A DNA stretch of 64,000 bases from Eledone cirrhosa (Eukaryota). Below are positions 37,422 through 51,517 of the stretch, one piece after another (position 1 is the first letter of the stretch; each line of letters begins with the position of its first letter). Made by a program: the position numbers and the translations under genes. The DNA is taken from positions 222,456,001 to 222,520,000 of the forward strand of contig OZ024743.1 in assembly GCA_964016885.1 (NCBI GenBank), given 5' to 3'. Under the pieces are notes generated by a model. The model was not told the DNA's origin. It ran no database searches and was given only the letters and a program-made list of their open reading frames with translations.

Positions 37422-37925
37422 TAACCTTTTCATACCAAACCTCCTGAAAGCACTCCTGTTTATTTTAAAGTATTTATATTTATCTAAAAACTTTCCGTCA
37501 TAATTTTATGGAAGAGCCTATGTTAAGTTATGTTCCAAACACCACTGGTTATATGATACAAAACTGTTTATTTTAAAGTGTTTATATTTATCTAAAAACT
37601 TTCCATCATAATTTTATGTAAGAAGTTATGTTCCAAACCACCTGAAAGCACTATCATAATTTTATGGAAAAACCTTTGTTAAGTTATATTCCAAACACCA
37701 CAGGTTCTATGATACAAAGCTGTTTATTTTAAACTGTTTATATTCATTTAAAAACCTTCCATCATACTTTTATGTAAGAACCTATATTAAGTTATGTTCC
37801 AAACACCAGAATAATAATGTAAAAGTTAATTATAATATTACATCCCTTTATATTCTTGAATACTTTTTAAATGATTTAAAAATAAAAGGTGTCTTTCATA
37901 AAAAATATGGCAGTGAAAGAGTTAA
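37422..37925. mobile_element. MITE family B with internal tandem amplification
   Basis: Starts TTAAccttttc and ends gaaagagTTAA. The internal segment (tatttatctaaaaac...ttatgttccaaac) is repeated 3-4 times. Confidence 0.8.
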
Positions 37926-39439
37926 GTGGTGAAACCTCTGAAATTACAGCCTACTGTCTGAAGTGAAGGGCATATGCTGCACATGTGAGTGACATGGCAA
38001 CCTACCTATCTAACCCACACAGGTGTGGAAAATACATGTAATGATGATAATGTTGATGATGATTGCTGGCTGGAACACAGTTGATCATCAGTACAATTAA
38101 ACATTCAAATATTAAAGAAGGAAATAATTAGTTACTAATCCTCCTTAATGAATTTTTATGTGTATAATATATACAGCGTCTGCTTTGGTAATTAAAAGCA
38201 TAGTAATGAATACTTTCTCTTTAATTTGGTAACAAATGAAATCATTTTAACAAATGATTTCCATAGCTATTATTATATGCAGAAAATATCTAAAACAGAT
38301 TTATTAATTCAAATATTTATAATATTTTTACTGGTATACAGATTGTTGTGAACATTTGCAGTATTAGAGTAAAGGTTTTAATTTTTCTTGCTAAATGTGG
38401 TTTCATGTGGTACATGACATTATGAGTAAATTTTTACAGGGTGTAGACTTTCAGCATTGATAGTAGTTTGGGAAGGAATTGTCTCTAAATACATAATATA
38501 TTGATGTGGTAACAGATATTTCAGGTTTGGAAATGAATTAAGATCATTACCAAAGGAACTAATGACTAACAGTGACAGCATGAAAGGATACTAAAGGGTC
38601 TAATGACTAATAGTAACAACATAAAGGGTTACTAAAGGGACTAATAGTAACAACATAAAGGGTTACTAAAAGGTCTAATGAATAATAGTAACAGTACAGC
38701 TTTAGTTAAGCTATACTTAAAACAACAACAAACTGTTTTGTTGAACTGTTGTTGATTGTGTAAGGAGGAATAATCTGTCCCTAAAGTCACAGTCATGTTC
38801 ACAGCTTAACAGGAAGTCCCTTCACTGCTGACCAGTTCAATAATTAGTCTGCAGCAAAGTCCCTTCCGTCGTCAATCCACCTTTACAAATACAAGCTTGT
38901 GGTAATGCTCTACAACAGCATAAATCACCAAATGCATCATAAGTCTGTTACATTAGGGATCCCCCTCCAATGAAAACAACATCCAAGCAGAACAAGAGTA
39001 TGCCTCCCCCCTCCCCTCCCCCCGTTCCCCCAATGAGGTGACATATTAGAGCAGTAGTAAGGTGGCCATCTTGAAACCTAATGGTTAATAATGATTTCTA
39101 TTATAGGCACAAGGTGAGAAATTTGGGGAGAGGGAAAAGTGCATTACTGGTGCTTTATTTTATCAACCCCATAAGGATGAAAAGCAAAGCTAATCCTGGT
39201 TGGATTTGAACTCAGACCATAAAAGGCAGTAACTCTATGCTGCAAAGCATGGCATCAGACCCTCTACAGACACTGCCATGGGTTAATAATGCTGACACAC
39301 ACCTAACTAACTGATGATTTATAAACATAGCTCACTTCTCCACCCAATTGACTTTTGAAAGGTCAGTGGCATCAGATTGTATCAATATAAATATTTGTAG
39401 GGATTTAAATAAGGTGGTAGAAGGAGGGGGATCCACAGT

Positions 39440-39443
<4 letters not shown>

Positions 39444-39533
<90 letters not shown>
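39444..39533. repeat. (GA)n microsatellite (a further GA-rich tract lies at 39880-39990)
   Basis: Dinucleotide run. Confidence 0.95.
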
Positions 39534-39537
<4 letters not shown>

Positions 39538-40549
39538 AGAAAGGAAAAGGGAGAAGAAGAGATGAATTATCACCAACTTTACAGACTTAATTCTTCATTC
39601 TTGGAACTTGGCAGCTGAGAAGAAATGTGGATCTTATTTCACATGTATGGCATGGCAACCAAACCAACTGTTGGAGGGTGTGGGGATGTGTGGGGCTGTC
39701 ACTAGTGCCTTTATTTATTTACTGAGTGAGCATCAGATGTTTAGGGATCTAGGGTTTACACATGTGAAGAGGAAGGGAAGTAGATAAATAGGCAGGCAGA
39801 TAGAGAAGAGTAGAGAGGGTGGCAGAGATAGATAGACAAACAGATAGGCAGAGAGACAAAGAGAAGTTAGATACAGAGAGAAATGAAGAGAGAGAGAGAG
39901 AAAGGGAGAGAGAGAGGGGAAGAGAGAGAGAGAAAGGGAGAGAGAGAGAGGGGAAGAGAGAGAGAGAGGGGAAGAGAGAGAGAGAGAGACAAACACAAGA
40001 CAATGAGGCAGGGTTTATGATGCTACCAATCACCTAGAAATAATAACCAAATCTCCCTCAAATCAAACTTTATAGATAGACAGAAAGAGAGAGGAAGGGA
40101 AAACAGATTGATAAACAGATAAAGAGGAGCCAGGGATAGAAGTGGTATGAGATAGTGTTAGTATAAGAGAAATAAAGGAACAGGGATATTATTAAACAAA
40201 TGGTAAACCTTTTGAGGAACCCAGCATGGAAGTTCTGTCAGCTGGACTGAAAATTAAGCTATGTATGGAGAAAGAGTATTAAAAATTAATGCTAATCCTT
40301 TTCTAAGCCACAACAGTTCTATAGTTCCATAGTAGCATTCCACTTTAAGCTGCGCAGGCATGTGGTTGCATCATAATTGTATTGGTGCTACACAGTAACC
40401 ATGAAATGTTGCAAAATTCTAATTTAAAATATTTTTGTTGAAAGAATCAAATGATTCATTGAGTGGCTGGGGGAAATCCAAGGGAACGTTGCTTTCTCCA
40501 CAGCATTTAGCAAATGAAAGATAAAAATCGGATTCTACATAAAATGGTG

Positions 40550-40880
40550 AAGATGCATGGCATAGTGGTTAGGGTGTTGGATTCATAATCATAAGGCTGT
40601 TGTTTCAATTTCTGTACTAGGCAGTGTACCATGTGCTTGAGCAAGGTTCTTCATTTCACATTGCTCCAATCTAACTCAGCTGAAAAAGAAAAACCAGTAC
40701 CAGCAACAGCAGCTGCCATGGGTTCACACACACACACACACACACACACATAATCACTGGGTTTCCACACAGTTTCCATATGGGTTCACAGACACACATA
40801 ATCAATGGGCTTCCACAGGGTTTCCATCTAACAAATTTCACTGACAAGGCACTGGTCAACCCAAGACTATGTAGAAGGCA
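40550..40880. mobile_element. SINE S2-type head joined to a second SINE fragment
   Basis: gcatggcatagtggttagggtg...cttgagcaagg...ttcacattgctcca. Related heads at 37158, 45352, 58410-58565 (minus) and 62925-63005 (minus). Confidence 0.65.
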
Positions 40881-41421
40881 TAACTTGTCTCTACCTGTTT
40901 TGTTATGTACACTGAAATGAATGGTATCAGCCTTAATGCACCGAAACCGTAGTGATTGCCAGAGGTTGACTGAGGAGTTGTCCAGTGCACTACCTTATTT
41001 GAATATATATACACACACATACACACACATAAATATATACATATATATATGTATGTGTGTTTTCATAGGTGCTAGTATTTAAGTCAGTAGATGTAAGTGT
41101 TTATACAAATTTCTACATACACATAAACAAGTACACACACACAATCATGTTCATAGTTAACATGATAGGTGATGGTTCACTGCTAAAGTAATTGAACCAT
41201 ACAGTCAAACTACCACCAACACCATCACCACTGCAACCACCACCACCACCATCAACACCATTATTCGCCCTTTTTTTAATTAAATAGATAACATTTGTTT
41301 AGTGTTTTTTCTCTATATATTTTTCATTTTATATTATTATTATTATTAGTAGTAGTAGTAGTAGTAGTATTAGTATTTGTGTACGAGGTTTTAGGGTTTT
41401 GTTTTTTCTCTTAATAATGAT

Positions 41422-41623
41422 ACAAGAATCTTGAAATTAAATTACACAAAATATGGGGCATGAAGGTAAAAACAGCCAATACTAATTGGAACATTGGCTA
41501 TGATAAGAAAAAAATATGAACAAAAATATTGAAGCCATACCAGTTCTCACAACAACATATTATCCATAAAATAGCTCTGCTAGAAACAGCATACATTCTG
41601 CACAAGACATTATCATTTCAATA
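41422..41623 (+). mobile_element. R4/Dong-clade non-LTR retrotransposon C-terminal fragment
   Basis: KNLEIKLHKIWGMKVKT..PILIGTLAMIRK...IHKIALLETAYILHKTLSFQ*, matching the KYxDL.IEI.RMW...P..IGALG...QK.ALLGTA.ILRK tail of RLE-type elements. Confidence 0.8.
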
Positions 41624-42889
41624 GCACAGCTGTAATAGAACAATCAACACACACAACACAAAATCTATATAATAAACACCTAATAAAACAAATCAACACA
41701 ACTCATATAATATATTCTACAAGATTAATACCCAATAAAATAACACAACTTATATTAAACGCACACACCATACACAACAGAGCAAAAACACTAAAATAAG
41801 ACAAGAAACTACAAGTTAAGCCCCATATCAAAACATGACTGATGCACTACACTAACAAAAGGAGTTTATACTACCTCAACTCTCTTGCCAAAATAAGAAC
41901 ACACATCACCAGAACACAGAGCTACACAAGATGGTGTAGTAGAAACTCAAATGAAATTATAGAAGAAATGATAACCAGAGTGACCATGTCTTGCTCAAAC
42001 TGTTTCTGATTTGGTTTTTATGGTTAGATGTCCTCCCTAATGCCAACCACATTTACAGTAATGACTGGGTATATATATAAACCTTTTGTTAAGTTATGTT
42101 AGAAATACCATCATAATAATGAAAGAATTTGAATCCCTCCAAATTTTTCAAGAATTAATTAAAATACAGTGTATTTCATTAGCAATATTGTAATGAAAAG
42201 GTAATGAAAAGTTAAGGAAATAGATCTAAATAATCAGAAACTGCTCTGTTGGGTACTATATATATACTCAGAAACGTATTGGGTACTACATATATACTCA
42301 GGGAAGTAGCCTGTTGGGCACTGCATATATACTCAGAAAAGTATTGTATGTTGGGTACTGTATATATTAGTACTAGTACTGGCACACCGCTGGTTATGAT
42401 GACGAGTGTTCCAGTTGGAATCAATGGAACAGCCTAGTCATGTACTTAACATACCCTTCAAATTACAGGTACAACTCATTTTTGCCAGCTGAGTGGACTG
42501 GAGCAATGTGCCACCAGGAATCAAACTCACGACCTTACAATTTTGAGCTGAATATCCTAACCACAAAGCCAAGCCCCTTCACATACTGCATATATACTCA
42601 GGTAGGTACCTCCTATATAAGGACCTTGTTGTGACTCAACAGGCAGTACAAGATCCAGTAATTATCATACTTTCTGTGCAAACTGTAAATGATAATATAT
42701 AAAAGATTTTTGATAGTTATTTCAAAAGTGAAAAACTGTATTTCACTCTCTTAAAAGGTTGCCACCATTTGCAAGTGCTGCAGTATTGAGAAATCAGTAA
42801 CTAAAAGATAATCTTTTTCTCTTTCATTCAGAAAAAGCCAAAGTAGCAAAGTGCTTTCATGTTGCTTTTTAAACCAATCTAAAATTACT

Positions 42890-43410
42890 CTGATGGTGGT
42901 GGTGGTGATGGTGGTGATGGTGGTGATGGTAATGGTGGTAGTAATGGTAATGATGATGATAGTGATGATGATGATGATGATTATGACAGTAATGGTGGGA
43001 GCAGCGGTGATGATGATGGTGGTGGTGGTGGTGGTGGTAATGGTGATACTGGTGATGATGATGATGATGGTAAAGGTGGTAATGATGATGTTGGTGGTGA
43101 TGATGATGATGATGATGATGATAGTAATGGTGGTGGTGGAGATGATGATAATGATAATGGTGGTTGTGATGATGGTGGTAATGATGATGATGATGGCGAT
43201 GATGGTTGGAGTAACGGAGGTGGTGGTTGGGGTGATGGAGGTGGCGGTTGTGCAGGAGACCGTGATGGTGATGAAGGTGGTAGTAGTGGTGACTGTGCAG
43301 GAGATTGTGGTTGTGATAGTGCAGTGGTGGTTGTACAGGAGATTGTGGTTGTGATAGTGCGGTGGTGGTTGTACAGGAGATTGTGCTGATGGTGGTGGTG
43401 GTGGTGGTGC
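42890..43410. repeat. (GAT/GGT)n tract
   Basis: Poly-M/V and poly-T/I ORFs. Confidence 0.92.
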
Positions 43411-43609
43411 AGGATTTCCACTGTGTTGCAAGGGGATAAAAGCAAACATGCTATTGATTCTGTTAGGTGTAGGAATGGAGATTCAGAACAAAAATTAAAA
43501 GTAAAATATAGAAAATAAAAATAAAAATAAATTAAATAAATTAAATAAATAAAAATAGAAAAAAAAAACATAAATCAGCTGTAAAAGATTGCCCCCCCCC
43601 CCCATCTGA

Positions 43610-43920
43610 ATACCACCCAACTATCAACTATCACCCAACCAACTGACCACCACCCAACCAGCTGACAACTACCCAACCATCTGACCACCACCCAACCATC
43701 TAATTACCACACAATCAGGGGACAACCAAACCACCACCCAACCCTGGACAACCACTCAACTATTTGACAACCACCCAACCACCCTGACAACCACTCAACT
43801 ATTTGACACCCACTCAGCTATCTGACAACCACCCAACAAACTGACTACCACCCAACCACCCTGACAACCAACCAGCCATCTTACTACCACCCAACCTTCT
43901 CACTACCACCCAACCACACT
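43610..43920. repeat. ~19-bp C/A-rich minisatellite
   Basis: accacccaaccatctgac-like units. Confidence 0.85.
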
Positions 43921-44220
43921 GATACATTCACTTTTCTAAACGCCCACAAACACTTTTATCACACTAAGCAGTTAAAAGATAATAAACTGTTATTTTTCTT
44001 TCTTCTTCTTGTTTCTTGTTCTTGTTGTTGTTGTGTTATTTTACACAATTTTTTCCAAAAGGAAAAGTGATGTAAATATGTTTGGTATTATGTGGTATTA
44101 AGAGAGTGCTTTAGAGTGTTTGAAAAACAGCAATAGGGGGAAAAAATAAGTGAGAGTATCACAGAAGTACACATACAATACTTTATATATGCTGTGTGTG
44201 TTTTTATGTGTGTGTGTGTG

Positions 44221-44259
<39 letters not shown>

Positions 44260-44269
44260 CATAAATATA

Positions 44270-44680
44270 TAATTATTTCTACTTTTGGCACAAGGCCAGC
44301 AATTATCCCAGTGCATTACTGATACTTTATTTTTCGACCCCGTAAGGATGAAAGGCAAAGTTAACCTCGGCGGGATTTGAACTCAGAATGGAAAGGGCCG
44401 TAACTATGCATCAAAGCATGGTGCCCGACCCTCTACCAATACTGCTAATCCACCAAATATATAATATTGTATATATATATATGTTGTATAAATATATAAT
44501 TGTTTCTACTTTAGGCACAAGGCCAGCAATTACCCAATGCATTACTGGTACTTTATTTTATCGACTCCGTAAGGATGAAAGGCAAAGTTAACCTCGGCGA
44601 GATTTGAACTCAGATCATACAGGGAGGTAACTATGCTTTAAAGCATGGCGTCCGACCCTCTACCGATACTGACAATCCAC
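44270..44680 (-). mobile_element. Two head-to-tail SINE S1 copies
   Basis: 44270-44453 and 44498-44680. Both are followed by a near-identical aaatatataatatt...atgttgtataaatat flank, suggesting local tandem duplication. Confidence 0.85.
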
Positions 44681-44801
44681 ATAAATATATAATATTCTAT
44701 ATATATATATATGTTGTATAAATATGTAATATATGCATATATAATTTGGAACATGATGCTAGCAGTCTGACTACAAGTGAGCATATATATATCATCATCA
44801 T

Positions 44802-44840
<39 letters not shown>

Positions 44841-44844
<4 letters not shown>

Positions 44845-44952
44845 ATATGTGTTCCTAGACGATTTATTAACCTGCCATTGAACCACATTGGCATATGGTT
44901 GGACAATACATGTGTCCCTTAGCGCCTTGTGCGTCTAGGAACACATATCCTA
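44841..44952. mobile_element. 112-bp MITE-like element with perfect 21-bp terminal inverted repeats
   Basis: taggatatgtgttcctagacg...cgtctaggaacacatatccta. Confidence 0.75.
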
Positions 44953-44984
44953 TTATTATTATTCTCCTCTATGTTGAGAAAAAA

Positions 44985-45262
44985 ATTTGGTCGTTCCGAC
45001 TGCTGCTAGCGATAGTGGTAGCCGATTGACCTACCTCCCTCTGCCTCTATCTTTACTTTCGGCCCTTGAAAAAATTGATTCCACTTCATTTACTCTCATC
45101 TCGGGAACAGTTTTGGATAGCGCTAGTTCGTAATTTAAATTCAAGAATTTTATATTCTTCGAATGAAAAGAACCTTCTGACGAAAATCTTTCTTTGCAAC
45201 GAAGTTCGTATGGTCTCCGTTTATTTTTGAGACTCAAAACCGATTCGGTAAAGGTAACTATG
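44985..45262 (+). promoter_or_regulatory. CpG-enriched putative promoter/first exon ending ATG|GTAAGT
   Basis: Non-repeat sequence with many CpGs in a CpG-poor window. Consensus donor at 45263 directly after ATG (45260-45262), and an alternative donor AAG|gtaact at 45254. Confidence 0.5.
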
Positions 45263-46364
45263 GTAAGTAAAGTTAATTTTTAAAAATTTATTTTGAAACT
45301 TTTTCATTATTTGCTAAGCCTTGATTATATATATATATATATATTTTTTCGCAATCGTAAGGTTGTGAGTTCGATTCCTGGACCAGGCGATGCGTTATGT
45401 CCTTGAGCAAGACACTTTATTTCACGTTACTCCTTCTACCTGGAGTTGCGACCGATAGATAGTATTAGTAATTGGAAAGACCAACGGAAACATTGTTCCC
45501 TCGGTCCGATTTGACGAAAGTCGATCGTCTCCTTTTATATATATCATTTGTATATCCATTTATATACTCACATATATAATTTTATTATCATATAGTGTAT
45601 ATATATTTCATAGTGCTTAGTGTCCTTGAACAAGACACTTTATTTCCCATCAACTCAGCTGCAAAATGAGTTTTATCTGTGATTCAAAGAGCTAGCTTTG
45701 TTGCACACTGTGTCATACAGACGAGATTAAGGATACATATGTCAATAGAATACTCAGCCACAGCACATTGATTCTATGAGCAGGCTCTTCTGTTGATCAA
45801 ACAACTGGAGCACTTGTCAATGGAACTGACCAAGATCCAACACTATATATATTTGTTGTGGGTACATACAAAAGAAAAGGGCAATCAACACACACACACA
45901 CATACACATGCTCACACACACACACACAGAGCTATTATTGACCCTCTACCCCCCTCCCCCCACATCGCAAAATCATACTCTTTCATCATTTAACTTCTTT
46001 ATGTCCTGGATGTATAACATAACTTCCCTAGTGTTGGTGCCATGATAAAATGTATCCAGTATACTCTGTAATGTGGTTGGAAACCAGATATTTACAGTCA
46101 TCAGACTAAGATATGGCATGGCCAACTCTGGCCAGACTTGTCTCCCAATGTGGACGACCCTTCTAACCCATGCATGCATGGAAAAATGAACGCTAAACGA
46201 TGATGATGGTGGTGATATATATATGAAGATTATACTCAGTTGATTAGATGGACATAAACATATATATATATATATATATATATTTAATTATTGTTATACT
46301 TGGGGAGGGTCATATTTGCGTAATATTGCCAGAATTAATAATTAGAATTAATAATTAGAATTAA

Positions 46365-46487
46365 TAATTAGAAAGTGAACAACACAAAATATAACTACTG
46401 CATTACCAAAGGTTTCTGGATCCCAGACAATATTAATATATCGGTCATCAGACAGAGATGTTTATCTAGATGTTCACTTTCTAATTA
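46365..46487. mobile_element. Small MITE-like element with 17-bp perfect inverted termini
   Basis: taattagaaagtgaaca...tgttcactttctaatta. Confidence 0.55.
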
Positions 46488-46897
46488 AATAGCTCTGTTC
46501 TATACATAGAGCACTCTTTTTTCCCTTTGCTTTTTCTTCGGAATTACCTAACACATATATATATATACCCATGCCAGCATGGAAAAATGGACCTTAAACG
46601 GTGATGATGATATGAAGATAACCATACTGTTCCTTCTTTGCTTTATCTTGAATATATCACTAATCTCATTCATCTTTCTATGATGGTAATATTTATATAA
46701 ACTCTGTATAAGGAATGAAAGCATGTGTGTAGGTGTGTGTGTGTAAATATTTGTATGCCTATGTGTGTTTATAAATATAGCTGTGTGTGTGTGTGTATGT
46801 AAATATGTGTATGCCTATGTGTATTTATAAAACATAGCTGTGTATGTGTGTATAAATATGCGTTTCCTTATGTGTGCTTATAAATATAGCTGTGTGA

Positions 46898-46941
<44 letters not shown>

Positions 46942-47368
46942 TATGTATAGTCCTATCTCCATGTCTGTACCATATATCACATCAGCTTATCAGGGAGTGG
47001 CTGCTGAAGTGATAACAAAATAAACACACACACACACACAGATATGAATACATATATAGGAAAGATATAGTCCCCACACTCTCCTGCCTCTGACTAAGTA
47101 TATAATAAGGTATGTGTGTACAAAGAAAAATAAATAACATACTTTTTTTTTTAAATCAGTAACTTTGATGTGACTAGTAAGTGCCAAGGTAATTTGGAAA
47201 TCAACCAGGATTGTGTCATCAGAAAATTTGGTGAAAGCAACATTGTAATGTGAGGAGAGCTTTGGATAATCAACTGAAGAGTGTGACTGTGCGTGTGGAT
47301 GGGGGAGGGGGTTATGTGTGTGTGTTGAACTTCCATCAGGTCCAATAATGGGTGTGGATGGACTATAT

Positions 47369-47678
47369 CATATGTTCTCAAAGTGGGCGCTACCACCCCC
47401 TGGGAAAAAAAAAGGGGGGGGGGGGCTAAGAATGTCCGGAGGGGGGGGGGGGTAGAGATGATATAATAGTATATTAAATATCAAATGATACATATTATAT
47501 ATAAATATAGTAAAATAAAAACTATATATTTATTTATACGTCGTATATATTATATTATTTATTATATATTATTTACAATTTGCGTGTAGGAAGGTCTCTC
47601 TGGAAATAGGGTTGGGCACAATGAGGGAATTATGTGGCCGTGAGGGTGGTGGTGGCCCAAAAAGTTTGAGAACCTCTG
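47369..47678. mobile_element. Non-autonomous hAT (Charlie-like) element
   Basis: CA....TTCTCAAA...TTTGAGAACCTCTG termini. 8-bp flanks gactatat / gactagat (7/8 identical). Confidence 0.8.
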
Positions 47679-47739
47679 GACTAGATGGTAATCAGGGGAT
47701 GATGATGGACAAGACAGACAAATGGGAACCTTTCTGCCT

Positions 47740-48590
47740 CTTTCTTCATTTCTCATCTTTTACATGCTTGTTTCATTTTGCTTGCATGAGGAGACAAGTA
47801 CTGCATGTTTTCTGTCTAATTGATCCTGTGTCATTTAATTCATGAGGTTCAGCTACTGAGGTTAGCCTTCCACACATCATCCCAAGTTTTACATGGTCTA
47901 ACTCTTTCTTTTTGTTTCCTTGACTTTAAATGCCCTGCATTTCGTTGTGTAGCTGTCATCTTCCATATGCATCATATTTCCATACCATCATAATCTCTTT
48001 TGTATCCTACATTTCATCCCTCTTAAGTCCAGTTTTTCTCTAAGTCCATTGATGCTTCAACGTTCATGACACTACAATTACACATCCACAGGAGCATGCT
48101 TGCTTCATTTCTTTCTGCTCTTTGTAGGTCCTTTGCACACAAGGCCCAGGTCTGACTTCCATGCATCATTGTCATTTGCACATAAACATCATACAGTCAG
48201 CCTTTTATTTTGAAAAACAAATGACCAACTAAGTCCTCTGGCGACTGTACTTTCAGAACACCCACCACCACTGCCGAATTGGTCACTCAGGTACCAGAAG
48301 CTGTCAACTACTTCTACGAAGCATCTGAGAATTTGATAGAGTTTATTTCATGTGAGCCCTTGATGCTTACTGCTTCTGTGCATCTGCCACATAAACAGTC
48401 TACATTCTTTACTAACCTGCCTGAGATCCTATTACATCTTTTTTGTGAACCCATAGCTTGTATTTTGTATAATCTGCACTTCTTCATACAGCTGTCATCC
48501 TCTATACACATCACATGTCTAGACCAGTGAAATCTTTTCTCTTGTACACTGCATCCATTCCATCTTATGCACATTTTTCTCTCAGTTAAT
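47740..48590 (-). mobile_element. Decayed, rearranged RTE LINE fragments
   Basis: Minus-strand LYDVYVQMTMMHGSQTWAL...ERNEASMLLWMC and VQEKRFHWSRHVMCIEDDSCMKKC. Confidence 0.75.
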
Positions 48591-48608
48591 TAATGCATTG
48601 CCATTCAT

Positions 48609-48665
<57 letters not shown>

Positions 48666-48666
<1 letters not shown>

Positions 48667-49466
48667 TAGCAGCAGTACCCAGCGTTGCCTGGGTAGGTAA
48701 AATAATATCTGCTTTGATGAAAAGGTGTTGATCTTAGCGACTGCTTCTCGATGACTCATCTATGGCCACACACAGGCCATGCAGGGGAGAGTGGTGATGA
48801 CCTCTATCACTGAGCAATGCAGGTGACTGACGAAGGGGCATGCTGATGGAGGGAGTTTTGAACAAAATCGGTTGAAAAATGTGGAAGCTAGAGCCGAAAA
48901 GGCAGAAATTTGAGCGAAAAGGTGGTATTTTTGAATATTTAAGCGGCTGCCACCCCGTTCCTGAACAAAAAATCCAAAATGTAAAGCCACTTTAAGATGT
49001 GAGATAATCAGATCTAGCGTAGTGTAAAATTTGAAAAGGTAGGTTGATTAATGTGAGAGCTAGAGCCGAAAAAAATGGAAATTTGAGTCCAAAAGTGGTA
49101 CTTTTGAATATTTAAGCGGCTGTCATGCCGTCCCTGAACAACAAATGCAAAATATAAAGCCATTACAGGATGTGCAATTATAAATTCTATTTTGCTTTAA
49201 AATTTGAACGAAATCGGTGGCAAAATGTGGGAGCTAGAGCCAAAAATCATATTTTTCGATACCTAAAAAAAGGTGATCCCCCTATCAATTTGTATCTGTA
49301 GAATGACCCCAGAATTAAAAAATGATATGCTGATATATAGAAAACACTCCCCGATGACTGATCTATGAGCCTGTAAAGTTTCATGAAAATGGGTCGTAAT
49401 ATGTAGGCCCCTATAGGTAATACACAGACACACACACACACATACTTAATTTTATATATATACAGA
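48666..49466 (-). mobile_element. Non-autonomous Helitron
   Basis: Minus strand starts A|TCtgtatatatataaaa...(TG)n and ends with the hairpin acccag-gcaacg-ctgggt then CTAG|T. No target duplication. Internal ~170-bp sub-repeats (gctagagcc(g/a)aaaa). Confidence 0.85.
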
Positions 49467-49783
49467 TATAAACTGAGAAAACTCTTCATCAATATCAAGG
49501 AGATGGCAACTTCCCTAGTGCTGGTGCCACCATAAAAAGATAAAATTCACCTATTACACTCTGTAAAGTGGTTGATGATAGGAAGGTCATCCAGCCAAAC
49601 AAAGGGTTGGCAGGACCTTTCAGCTGTGTTAAAAACATTACAACTTCTCCTGTGCATTTGGTAGAATGTGAGACCATATGTTATCAAGATATCAAACCCC
49701 CTAGCCTGTCTGAGAGGTCAGCAGCCCCACATCAGTACTAACTTGGACTTTGTAGACCCATCCAAACCTTGCTAGGTGATAAT

Positions 49784-49968
49784 TGTTTCTATGTTAGGCA
49801 CAAGGCCAGCAATTACCCAGTGCATTACTGGTACTTTATTTTATCGACCCCGTAAGGATGAAAGGCAAAGTCAACCTCGGCGGGATTTGAACTCAGATCG
49901 TAAAGGGACGTAACTATGCTAGAAAGCATGACGTCCGACCCTCTACCGATACTGCCAATTCACCGCCC
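49784..49968 (-). mobile_element. Young full-length SINE S1 with target-site duplication
   Basis: Flanked by identical ttgctaggtgataat at 49769-49783 and 49969-49983. CpGs are retained. Confidence 0.92.
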
Positions 49969-50462
49969 TTGCTAGGTGATAATGATGATTATACATACAA
50001 TTTTTCAACGTGGCATAAGAAATCATCTTTACTAATTCCCTTCTTTTTCCTTCAATTTGTTGTAGTGTGTGTGTTTTTCTCTCCCTTTTTTGTTGTGTGT
50101 GTTTCTCTCCCTTTTTTGTTGTGTGTGTTTCTCTCCCTTTTTCAATGAAAGACCTACTTGTGAAGCATAAAAAAAAAACTTTCTAACCTTCTCTTCATGT
50201 TATTTTTGTGATATCAATTTAAACAGAATATCAACAGTATCAATCTCTCCAGTACGTAAGAGCCTATGGGGGTCATATGCTCAACCCCCTTCCAAGCAAT
50301 AAATATATTTGTGCATGTGTTCATGTATGTGTGTAAACATCTTTTTAATCTAAACTACATTAAAAATTACCTGCTTCCAAATATGTTCACAGAGAGGGAG
50401 TGAGTGAGAGGGTGGGGGAATATGTCCAATATCACAAATGCAGCTAACTACAAATAAAATAA

Positions 50463-51021
<559 letters not shown>

Positions 51022-51211
51022 TTACATCAATATAAACCGTCTATCGATTCAACATTTAACAGGTTTATGTATTTTTCTTATACCTTGAATTAAAGAAAGG
51101 CACAGTCATGATGATGATGATGATATATATATATATATATATTTATATCATGGAAAATATCTGGTATATGATGCTTTTCAGAATCCTGGATCAGCCATGA
51201 CTGAACTATGA

Positions 51212-51517
51212 CCTCACATTATTGAAGCCAAACTCCTCACAGGCTGTGGTAAGGGAGACATTGTATTTATACCTAGAATACTACTAACACCAACAGATGT
51301 CCCCTTTCATTTCAAATGATTGCAATTCCCAGTGGAGTTCAGTTACGCAATGACCATTAATAAATCCCAAGGTCAAACACTGCAGGTTGTCGGTCTCTGT
51401 CTAAAAGAGGGCTATTTCTCACATGGTCAATTGTATGTAGATTGTTCCATACTAGGAAAACCCCACAAACTTTTCATATATGCTCCAAAGAAAAAAGTTA
51501 AAAACATTGCTTTATAA
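51212..51517 (+). pseudogene. Helitron-type PIF1 helicase C-terminal fragment
   Basis: PHIIEAKLLTGCGKGDIVFIPRI...[26 protein letters not shown]...FSHGQLYV. In-frame stop and degraded motif VI. Confidence 0.9.

Noticed and set aside
40910-40990. Possible degenerate hammerhead/Penelope-type motifs (also ~60465-60505)
   Set aside because: The catalytic core is incomplete or out of order and stems I and III cannot be drawn.
42810-42875. Plus-strand acceptor ctttttctctttcattcag (a similar strong acceptor is at ~59746)
   Set aside because: No donor or coherent frame follows, so no exon can be called.
42751-43571. Long ORFs on both strands
   Set aside because: They arise from the (GAT/GGT)n tract.
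45031-45237. 68-aa minus-strand ORF as a protein-coding gene
   Set aside because: It begins at a non-ATG codon and has no recognised homology. It is treated as putative promoter/UTR sequence.
51320-51517. Host PIF1 helicase gene
   Set aside because: Helitron-type sequence with an in-frame stop, degraded motifs and no other exons.
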